From contig NC_068981.1 of NCBI RefSeq assembly GCF_001194135.2, positions 56,007,162 to 56,066,368 of the forward strand: DNA of 59,207 nucleotides, given 5' to 3'. The DNA comes from Octopus bimaculoides (lineage: Eukaryota). Made by a program: the position numbers and the translations under genes. Position 1 is the stretch's first letter; each line of letters starts with the position of its first letter. Positions 22,901 to 34,900 of this stretch are shown here, one piece after another. Under the pieces are notes generated by a model that did no database searches, was not told where the DNA came from, and was given only the letters and a program-made list of their open reading frames with translations.

Positions 22901-25900
22901 GTAACATATGTAGGAGTTTTCTAAACTTCCAGTTTGATATATCATTAACTCCTTTGTAAATGAAGCAGACCTTACCAGCTGCATTCAAAGAAAATATCAT
23001 TTGCTACTGTCAGTCTATCTGAAATATTTGTATTACTGTTTCAGGATTGATTTATTCCTAATCTTTTTCTGCATGCTGAAGAAAGTTATTTTCCTATTGT
23101 TAGTAGACTTCAAGTGAACTCATATTTACTTTTTTGTTTTGAGTATTTTCTCCTAGATGTCAAAGTTTTGCAGATATTTTAGTTGATTTATAGTAGAACA
23201 CACTTGCCCAAGGTGCCATGCAGTGGGACTGAAACCCATAACCATGTGGATGGGAAGCAAACTTTTATTACACAGCCATGCCTGTGTCTGTTGCTTAACA
23301 CACATTAGTACTTCTGTAATTCCCTCTCCTAAGTAAATAAACTAATAATCATACAATGGCATACAATATCCCTCTCGTAAGCAAATAATATCCTATCCTG
23401 TGGTTATATTTAGTATTAACTCTCTTATCATTATAACTGTATTCACATCCATTATTTCAAAATCTTTTCCATCCAGCACTAGGGTGTTGTCTTTAATATT
23501 TAATTTCCTTTTCTTCAATCTTTTCATTTTAGATTCTTTTTATTTATTTATTTATACTTCGTAAGAGCATTTTCTGACCTCAGTGTTTTTCCTCCACAAA
23601 TACAGGACTTGAAACATTATTTATGACAATCCTGCTTGCTTTACCAAATAAAGGGTTAAATATTGAATTAAATCAGATTTCTTTGGGGTTAGAAATTTGA
23701 ATGAGTAATATGGAGTCAGTATTTTTACTTGTGCCAAAGTTATGCATTTGAGCATGAATTTTTAGCTTATATACAATATAAGCTAATGAATACAACATTT
23801 TTCTCATACTGTATATTATTATGGTTTGAGAGATTGACTGTCTGTCTATTTAGTAATGCTGATATTGTAGTTTTTTCTTTTCCTTTTTTTTTTATTGAAT
23901 GATGATATTTATTCCCTCAGGATTTCCCTTACTGTTTTATATAACTGCAATTGTTAATATAAAAATGTTAATAAGTGCAGGCATGGCTGTGTGGTTAAGA
24001 AGCTTGTTTCCCAACCATGTAGTTTTGGGTTCAGTCCCAGTGTGTAACTCTTGGGTAAGTTATTCTATTATAGCTCCAGAATAACAAGTCATGTGAATGG
24101 ATTTTGAAGATGGAAACTGAAAGAAGCTTGTGTGTGTTTATGCCTCCTTGTCTTGACATCATGTGACAGTTGTAAACAAGTGTTGCCATCATACAAGCAA
24201 TGTCATTCATTTCCAATATTTTGTAAAATCAGGGTGAAATATTACCTTGCTTGGAAACAAGTGATGGTCAGTTATAGGAAGGACATTTGACCATAGAAAA
24301 TCTGCTTCAGCATGTTTCCTCTGACTGATGGGCATTAAAATAATGGTGAATACATAGTTTTGCAACTGTTTACTCAGAAATGTTGATATTCTTTACATTC
24401 AATTTATAATGAGTTTTCAAGAATTTTAATCTTTAAAGATGAAATTTAAAAAATGTTTTGTGCATAAGAAATATGTATAATAAATGGTTTCTTACATGTG
24501 ATATGTTACATAAAAAAATATGTAACCAGATCTTTCATGATGACAATAACAAGTGATATATTGCTTTATCACCTAAAATCTATTGTAATCTTTAATTATG
24601 AAATTATTTTATGTAATGACTGCATGACTGCCAGAGGGATGAAATTAACACCAAACTTGAATTTTTACGTACTATTTGTCCAATAATAGGTGGTGCTCTT
24701 GCATGGCTACATCCCTCAAGCTGGAACTAATAGGAGAATAAAAGAATAATACAACTGACTGATTTACCAATTATATATCCTAGAATTAGGAACCAGTCTT
24801 ACACAAATATTAAAGCTAGAACCTTTGGTTCAGAAACCAAAAAGCTGTTGGTAATGTTGATCAATTTGATTAATAGTGTTTAGTGATATGCTATGAATGA
24901 AGATTGAATTGCTAATTTAGCTATTTCTCTTGTAAATAGTGAATAATCTGACTCAATATATTCTTTTATTGGTTTGGGACAAACCAATAGTCCATAGTCA
25001 GTCATCAAGTCCAGTACTTATTTCATTTTGGTATTTAATTTTATATGTTTCTATTTAGCAAACCACATAAAGAGATAATTCTATATTATTAGCTTACTTT
25101 ATAATTTAAATGAAAATTAGTAATTTAAATTATTGATGTGTATCTATATATTTTGCATAGTTTGCAGTTTGGATTGTTGCTAATCCTGCAAATGATTGTG
25201 GCATGATTGTGCAGAGCAACGCAGTACCTTGTAACACACACATATTTCATTTCTTTGCTTCATTTAAATTTTGATGAACTGATTTATTCATTTTTTTTTC
25301 TTTTTCTGTTGAATGCTAAAAAGAACCTTTTGAAAATCATTAGAACAGATTCATTTTTACTCTTTTATTTATTTTTGATAGATTTTTGTGAAATAACAGA
25401 ATTGAGTAAAATTGAAGGTGAAGCGACTGCCAACAACAGGAAAGCAAAATTGATTTTCTTTTATGAATGGGATATTAAACTTGAATGGTCTGGTAAATAT
25501 TTTCTTAATTTTTTTTCTATTTTTATTGTCCTAGAAGGAAAGTTGATGACATGATCGATTAAGAGCTGGAATGAATATTTTATAGCATCCTAAGTTTAAT
25601 GTCTTACTGTTTATAGTTGGAATTTCACCAGAGCTGACTTTGCTTTCCATGATCTGTGATTGTTACAATAGGTATCATTGAAATATTAATTCAGTCATTC
25701 AATCATACTACATTCATTAAAATATTGATCTTGTGCAGGCCTTGTACAGAGCTGCTATCAAGAACATGAGGGTCAGTAACAGGTTCAGGAAAGAATTTAG
25801 CATGCCGGTTCATCAAGGCTCATTTCTCAGCCCACTTCTATTTATAATTGTTCACCAGGCCATGTCTGAAGAATTTAAGACTAACTGTCTGAGGGAACTT

Positions 25901-28900
25901 CTGTATGCTGATCACCTATTTTTCACAGTTTAATTTGTTGAAGAATTAGAGAGGAAATTCCAAAAGTGGAAACAAGAGTTCTTAAAGTAAATCTAGCAAG
26001 GACTAAATTTTTAGTTTGCAGGAAAGGAATAGATAGAAATTCCATATGGTATACTGAATGTAAATTATGGCAGCACAAGAAGTACATTAAGATCACAAGC
26101 AGGCTGAGAGTGAAAGACTTAGTATCTAATAAGAGTAAAGGAGTAGTTAGCAATAAGAGTACATGTAAAATAATTGGTAGCTGCTGTTGCCTATGTAATC
26201 TAATTAGTAGTGAGGAAGATGTTCTGAAAGCTAAGTAACCTTTTTGGAATGGGTTTGAAAAGTGTCAGTGAGTTATTACCTTTGCGACAGCAGAGCAATT
26301 CTTTCATTAGTGAAGAGCAAATTGTTTGATGCTTGTCTGATCTTCAAGAAAATGAAGGCTGGGCACAGAATGTGTGGTGAAGGTTGTAAAAAATTTAGGT
26401 GTATATCCTCTACTTGATATTAGTAAGTATGAATGATAAAATACAAAGGAACTTGAAGAAAAACTGTAAGAGGAATCATGTGTAGGAGAAAAGCCAGAGC
26501 TGGTACAGACATATAATGCATATGTAAAAATGTGCTACATAATGCAAATGAAAGGAAGACATGGGAAAATTGGTTAAAACTTAGCTCAGGAGATAAAAAT
26601 TCACAAAGGAATGGAAAACCCCCCAAAAAACTAGGAAGTGATAAGATGTTGTACTGGAGAAGTCTTATCTAACCCATGCCAGCATGGAAAAGCTAACTTG
26701 AAGGGAGGAGAGGAGTATTTCTTTTTTCAGTTACTCTTCTGTTTTCTCCAAGTTGAAGAGTTTTTGGAAATTTTGATACCAACTTTGTTGACTAATGAAA
26801 TAGTTGTATTTGTTTTCTGCTTCACAAACAAACCTTTTCTTCTTTATTTAGGAAAATTTAAAACAAGTAATAATAAATTTAAAGGCAAAGCTGAGGTCCT
26901 AAATTTAAGTGAAGAAAATACTGAAGATGAATTGGATGTGAGTGTTACATTATTGTTCTTATTTTCAGAATGAAGACCATTTATTAAAGCATTGGTTTTG
27001 CTATCCATGTTTGATTGGGGTGGTTATCGCAAATTTTGACTCAAGTTTTTCCTTATTACCACTACCCAATTATGAGAACATATGAAATAGTTATCTACCT
27101 TACTAAGTAGTTGAACTTGGTGTCTGACAAGTGTACTTAACTTCACCATCATTGTTCTGTTATTTTTTAATACACACATTCTTATACAAATAATACTGCC
27201 TTTTATTTTTTAACCTTTATGTCATCCACACATGATCTAAATACACTTGATTTTATATCTACCTAGTTTGTTTTAGATTTTAAACACTCCTGTAGAAAAT
27301 TTTTATCTACTACGTATATGAGTAATTTCACTTGATTGAAGTTTTTAATTCACTATATTACAAATGTGAGACTCTATCTTATTTTGTCTACAAACAAACA
27401 TATCGAAAGATCCTCTGAAGTATTTTCCCTCAACCTTATTGTTGATATTCGTAATCAGCATTACTGCATTCATGTTTCACTGCCATGTAGCCTGGCTGTT
27501 CTAATGAAGCCAAAACATAACCGGTTCGCTATCCATACTTGTCTGCACTGTCTATACTGTCTAAAATATTTTCCTTCAGCCATATTGTTGTTACATTTAT
27601 TCTTGTTTCTAAAACAGAGTCCTTGAAAACCTTCTGCAACAAGGTGCATGATGTAGTCTTCAACAGTACAGAAAGATTATTATACATATTTAAAAAAAAA
27701 AAAAGCAGTCTTTCAAAATATTTCTGAAGCATGAATGACACTACTAAAACCCTCAGAATAACTATAAATGCCAGGCTGTAGTTGATTTTCTTGTCTAATA
27801 TTATCTCATTAGTATTGGGTTTTAAGTCTGAAACACATTTTATTTATATATTCATTCACTTGTTTATTTTTTTCATCATTGTATAGTAAATATTCATGCT
27901 AGAAAGTATATATATTTTCCAGAGCATACGTCATATAAGGATGAAGGAAAAAGTCTTAACTTTATTGTCTTTTGCATTTTTTACTTGTGTTAAAAACTGG
28001 GAAAATCTTCATAAATTACATAATTTGATTTTGGCACACAACATTTTCCCTCACTACTATACTATTTTAATTCATTGATGGGAATATTTAGTTAATTTTA
28101 TTCCTCAAAACTGTAATAACAATATTCATTGTGTTGTTATTGTTTAGAATTACTGTTTTGTTTTTCTTTCCAGTTCTACTTGATATCCTTTTTTGTGTTG
28201 TGTCTTACCATTCTACATGTATAGTCTAATTTTTCAAATGTTTGAAGAACACATTTGAAAAGTGGAAAACCCTATCCCAAAAGGTTTAATTATTGTAATC
28301 TCAATGTGCTTGAGACTTTTCGTACATATTTAAATAAAATCTCATTATAATGAATGATAATTTCAGTTGGGCAATACCATCATAATTTACCAATTCATAG
28401 TTACAGATAATTTGCAAAAATATTTCAAAATTGTATTAATTGAAACTTATAGGCTGTCTACTCATCAGACTTATAGTCACTGTATAGATCATGATATACT
28501 AAATCTTGAGTTTTTTTCTTTGGTGGTTTGAATAGAATATATTGTTTAGATTTTTAACGGACCTTATATCCAGTAATAGATATATAAAAAGACATTTCCT
28601 AGTACGTTCACAACATACCTGATGACTTTATAGTCTGTAGATTATGCATGGTGTCTTTTAATGTTAGTTAACTTTCCCATGTGATGAGTTGGACCCAGCA
28701 TTGCTAACTACCAAAACTACTCTGTTGTCAACAGTGAAGTAAGCTACTCTTTCATGCTTACAACTGGGTTGACTTAGCTATTGAGAGCACAATGTCTGTT
28801 ACAGGATACAAACTGACAACACTTAGTGGGTTGCCTGATATGCATTTAACTCAACTATCAACAGCTCTTCATCATGTTATTATATATTGTATCTCCACTA

Positions 28901-31900
28901 TGGAGCTAATTGTATGCTATAGATGTGTAAATCTGCATAAAGAAATGATGTGTCTTCAATCAAGCTGAAGTGGCAAAAAATAAAAAATTTTTCACCTTAT
29001 TCTGTGGTTTAAATTTAAGAGTGGAATAAAAGCACTAGTGCAGAAATGTACTTTTTCATCAGGTAGTTACCATTATTAGATTAGTTTAGGAATGGTACTT
29101 TTTGATCACTGGTAACTTTGCTTTGTGAAGAGTTGAACCCAGCAAAACTATTCTGTTGCCAACAGTGAGCTAAGTCCCTCAAAATATGTTTTGTGATATA
29201 ATGAGAGTACTTTGGTAAATAATGGAAAATTTAATATTTTCTTACAGATAAATGTATCAGTTGAAGATAGTGGAGATGAAGCATACAAAGTGAAAGAATT
29301 CATGCGTATTGAAGGTGTCAAAAAGATGCAGAAACAGCTTGGCATGTACATTAGATCCTTGAAAGAAGGTAGTTTACATATTCTCAATATAAATGGTCTG
29401 AATAAATATGTTAATGTCCAAGATTAAAAGCATTCACTTTTCTCTTTCTAATTCATATTAGATATCTGCTTCTGTAAGTTATTTGATGTACCTTGTTTAT
29501 GAAGTCAAATACCACAGGGGTTGAAATTATGGTTGAGTTCATCCTTTTCATAAACAAGTTTTGTGCAAAAAAAAACAATAAAATCACATATTTCACTAGG
29601 TCCGGTGAACAGCTAATAAGTAAAGACCTTTTCGACTTAATACTTTTGTTCCATTATCTCTAACTAAAATACATGTCTTATGTGTGTCAATTACATTCTG
29701 AAATTGATACGGGAATGCTATTCTTAAATTAATCTATGACAATTTTTTTTTAAAAAAGTACTTTGATTATTGGTAAATACTAGGAAATACATGAAATTAT
29801 TAAACTTTTGTTTAAATGCCACCTGTATAAAATGAGTTTTCAGTTGAGGTATATAACAATTGTAGTATTGAAGAATTCTGATCATTGGATTTTCAATTGA
29901 AATTAAATGTATATAATACAGGTTCACTGTAAAGATAAAATAGCATAAAGTTTATCTAAATGTTTGAAGAAAAAAGTAAATTTCAAATGCAGTATAGCTG
30001 TGAAAACAGCAGAAAGATTGGGCATTTTTACCCTTATAAGATGGCCAAGTAGGGTAACATATTTTAGAGTAACGTGTTGACTGTAAGATGGTTTGAGAAA
30101 AGCTTAAGGTGAATGTAGCTCTAATTTTCAGTTTTCATTTGTTGCACAGTGACCATCTTAAATGAAGAGGAACAACTTATTCTGCTATCCATATATGATT
30201 GTTACATGTACATGTATAATATTTGTACATTTTAGAAATAACTATTTTCGTAAATGTCTTAATGTCTCAGATAACTTGTATTTAATATTACTCCTTCTTC
30301 ATGGAATAACTATATACTCTGTACTCTCTCTTTCTTTGTGAAACTTTGGGTATTCTATGTTAAATTAGCATTATGAAAAGTGAATGTGACAGAAGTTATT
30401 TGGATAATTCTAATTTTAATAGCATAATAATTTTTGTTTCATATAGAATATAGCCAAGGAATTATTTTACCTACTAAAGATAAAGCTGACAACAAAGATC
30501 GGAAAGCTCTAATTGTTCCAGTATGTATTGATATTTACTATTATAATTGTTCTTAAATTATTTTTTTTCTTGAAAAGAGAAATTTTATTTTAATTAGAAT
30601 TTTATAATCTGGTTGTTCATATAAAACTTTAATATATAAAAGTATGTAAATTAGCTATTACACATGAGAACCACCTGCTTCAAGCTAAGAATTATATTTT
30701 TCGCTACTGTGTATTTACAGAACAATGTAAAACGAGAAATGAATAAAACAATTAATGGTAATGAAGCTAAAAAAACAGGTGATACAAACTTTGACTGCAT
30801 GACACTGAAGACCCACGAAGAGTTTGTTTGTTCTGCTGCAGATCTTTATCGTGTTTTCACCGTACCTGAGGTATGTATATTTTGTTTCTATATATTCGTT
30901 TCTTTTTTATTCTTTTACTTGCTTCAGTCATTTGACTGCAGTCATGCTAGAGCACTACCTTTAGTCAAATGAACCGACCCCAGGAGATGAGAACACACCA
31001 ACATCGGTTGTCAAATGACAGTGGAGGGACACACAAACATATGCACGCACACACATATATATATATATATATACAAGGGTTGAATGGGGCTTGATGATAA
31101 TTAAGAGTTAAATGGAATGTAGGGGAGAGTAGATGATGAATAGAGTTTGAGTAAGGTTAAGGGGTGAATATAGAGGGCTGGCCCTAGGGTTGCTGGTTCC
31201 CCGGGCAAGCTGAACTTTGGTATGTACAAGCTGACAGTCATNNNNNNNNNNNNNNNNNNNNNNNNNNNNNNNNNNNNNNNNNNNNNNNNNNNNNNNNNNN
31301 NNNNNNNNNNNNNNNNNNNNNNNNNNNNNNNNNNNNNNNNNNNNNNNNNNNNNNNNNNNNNNNNNNNNNNNNNNNNNNNNNNNNNNNNNNNNNNNNNNNN
31401 NNNNNNNNNNNNNNNNNNNNNNNNNNNNNNNNNNNNNNNNNNNNNNNNNNNNNNNNNNNNNNNNNNNNNNNNNNNNNNNNNNNNNNNNNNNNNNNNNNNN
31501 NNNNNNNNNNNNNNNNNNNNNNNNNNNNNNNNNNNNNNNNNNNNNNNNNNNNNNNNNNNNNNNNNNNNNNNNNNNNNNNNNNNNNNNNNNNNNNNNNNNN
31601 NNNNNNNNNNNNNNNNNNNNNNNNNNNNNNNNNNNNNNNNNNNNNNNNNNNNNNNNNNNNNNNNNNNNNNNNNNNNNNNNNNNNNNNNNNNNNNNNNNNN
31701 NNNNNCTTACACTATCCCTTCCAACATCATTCATTTCATTTTCATTCATCAATTAACGTCCGTTTTCCATACTGGCCTGGGTTGGATGGTTTGACAGGAG
31801 CTAACAAGTCAGGAGACTGCTCCAAACACCATTGTCTGCTTTGGCATGATCTCTACAGCTCAGTCTCCTAACACCAACCACTTTATAGTATGTACTGAGT

Positions 31901-34900
31901 GCTTTTTACATGGCACCAGCAACAGTGTGATCACCAAATAATTTTCAAAGCAAGATTCCCTCAGTTGAGTGGAGAGTAGTACTAGGGAAGGTGACTATTT
32001 GCCAAATGAAAGGTTAGTGTTTGGGTAGAGGGACAGAAATAGGTGACTTGCAATAAAGGAGATATGTAGCTAACATCTGGCTCTTTTTAAATTTGCATAG
32101 ATTAATGCCATCTACGTAAAATGTTTAGGAAATTCACTAAATGAAATTGTATTGAACTATGGTGCTTCATATAATTATGTTTTCTGCTCAGTGATACTGC
32201 AATTTCTTACACATATATGAATCCCAACGAACATTTTCTTCTTTTAAATGTATTTAAAATATAATATTTTATAATAAAATTTTAAATATTTTATTCATAG
32301 GAAAACTCACAACTCATCAACATTGGCCATTCATTACTTCTTTGCGAGATCCCAATGCTTTTAAGTGGCTTCAAACGCCACTTAAATTGTTAATGTTAAC
32401 CCATTCACAACAGAAAGTAATAATACAATTATTAGAAATGTTTATGTAGTGTAGAGACAATATCATTATTTCATCAAGGACGATAACCAACTTAAGACAT
32501 TTCGGTTTTATTATGATTTGATGTTGAATTATTGAGTGGAGAATCTCTAAATTTTTTGCTCGTTCCCAATAATTTCGCATTATAAAAGAATAAAAATGTA
32601 AGGGACATAACTTGAGAAAATGTAAGGGAAATAACTCCTTCACTCTAAGAGAGACAACTCAATGTCATTTCTTCGATATTTAGGAAAAGAATTATTAGTA
32701 TTTCTTAATTATTTACGTTATATTATTAAATTTGTTTCGCTTAGGGAATTTTAATCTCCTACCTACTCTTGTTATTTTTACCAGTTGGAATATGAGGTGT
32801 TGGTTTACTGACGAAATGCTCATTTGTTCAAATCTTATTACATCCTTCGATCTCTACTTTCTCCCCGCCTAACTTAAAACAACCATTACTGCTTTAAATT
32901 AAATTGAGATTTGATACTTTATGGCCGCCATTAAGGAAGTTCAATCTACGCATGCGCAAGAGACTTGCCTTCCCAGAAGCCCCTCGAGTGCGCATGCGTA
33001 GTAAACCAGTACTTAAAGCGCTTCGCGCGTTTTCTGAGCCTCTTTAGCATGAAGCCTTCGATGTGACAACACTCGCTCCTCTGGGATGCCTCAACGAATC
33101 TCTACAAGTTAACCAGCGGCGACCAGGCTGAATGATACAGGTTTTGTAAAGCCAAGCATCACCAAAATAAAACTTATTTTATTATGTTGTTAATTGTTAA
33201 CACCTGTCTTTGTTCTACTGTTTCCTAATATATATTTTTGTTGAAAGGTGATAGAGAGAGACTAAGTCTCAATTTTGCTGTCAACCTTTTTACACTCACA
33301 TCCTAGATCGGAAAAAAAAATTTACACATTTTGTCTTTATTTATTTTATTTTCATGCTTATAAAGTATCAAACTTTATTTAATGTAGCGTGGAAGGTGTT
33401 TATAAGCCATTTAAAATAACACACAAAAACCGTTAGATTCACTTCAACGTTTAAATTTAATTTGTCAAATGCAGCACAGAATTTTGTCAGTGAACAGGTC
33501 TCAGTCTCAAAGCGACGAAAATATTTTGACAAATTAAATTTAAATGTTGAAGTGAATCTAACGGTTTTTGTGTGTTATTTCAAATGGCTTATAAACACCT
33601 TCCATGCTGCAATTGTTTTCCTTATGGGATTTCCCAATCAAATTGCCAGCAAACCATTTTCAGCCAAACCAATTTCAACGGATTTTGCTCAAATCTGATG
33701 TCCATGTTACTTATTTTGGTTTGAANNNNNNNNNNNNNNNNNNNNNNNNNNNNNNNNNNNNNNNNNNNNNNNNNNNNNNNNNNNNNNNNNNNNNNNNNNN
33801 NNNNNNNNNNNNNNNNNNNNNNNNNNNNNNNNNNNNNNNNNNNNNNNNNNNNNNNNNNNNNNNNNNNNNNNNNNNNNNNNNNNNNNNNNNNNNNNNNNNN
33901 NNNNNNNNNNNNNNNNNNNNNNNNNNNNNNNNNNNNNNNNNNNNNNNNNNNNNNNNNNNNNNNNNNNNNNNNNNNNNNNNNNNNNNNNNNNNNNNNNNNN
34001 NNNNNNNNNNNNNNNNNNNNNNNNNNNNNNNNNNNNNNNNNNNNNNNNNNNNNNNNNNNNNNNNNNNNNNNNNNNNNNNNNNNNNNNNNNNNNNNNNNNN
34101 NNNNNNNNNNNNNNNNNNNNNNNNNNNNNNNNNNNNNNNNNNNNNNNNNNNNNNNNNNNNNNNNNNNNNNNNNNNNNNNNNNNNNNNNNNNNNNNNNNNN
34201 NNNNNNNNNNNNNNNNNNNNNNNNNNNNNNNNNNNNNNNNNNNNNNNNNNNNNNNNNNNNNNNNNNNNNNNNNNNNNNNNNNNNNNNNNNNNNNNNNNNN
34301 NNNNNNNNNNNNNNNNNNNNNNNNNNNNNNNNNNNNNNNNNNNNNNNNNTCTGTCTGCCTTACCCACTTTTAATTTTTTTTTTTTTGGACGCTAGCAAAC
34401 ACTGTATCCTCTGTCACAAACACTATTTCTTTCTTTTTCTCTCTGTCTGTCTGTCTCTCTCTCTCCTTCATGCACGTACGCACAGATTTGACTTCGCCAT
34501 GTCAACAAACTTCAAAATTGGTAAAAGATTATCGATTTTTACAGCTATACGCGGGTGCCTCTGAGACAAAAACTTGGCGAAAATGCACATAAGGTCATGA
34601 CACATCTCCTAAAATTGGAGCGACATGCGTGCTAATTTGTGGACGTGCATAAACTACATTCACGTACACACACACACGCATCCTCTCTTTTATATATATA
34701 CAGATATATACACATACACACACACACACTTAGCCAAGGTGTCACGCAGTGGGACTGAACCCAGAATCATGTTGCTTATTTCATCTTACTAATTAACTAA
34801 CATATCTCTTTTGGAATATACTTGTTGTTATCATTTCATGCACATTTTTTAGCAAGAGCCTTCTCTACTATGGTATCCCACCGCTTTTAATTGCTCATTA

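Noticed and set aside
33020-33135. Partial resemblance to U3 snoRNA (GCGTTTTCT...CATGAAGCC...GGCTGA)
   Set aside because: No U3 5' domain or box A and no proper box C; the similarity is short
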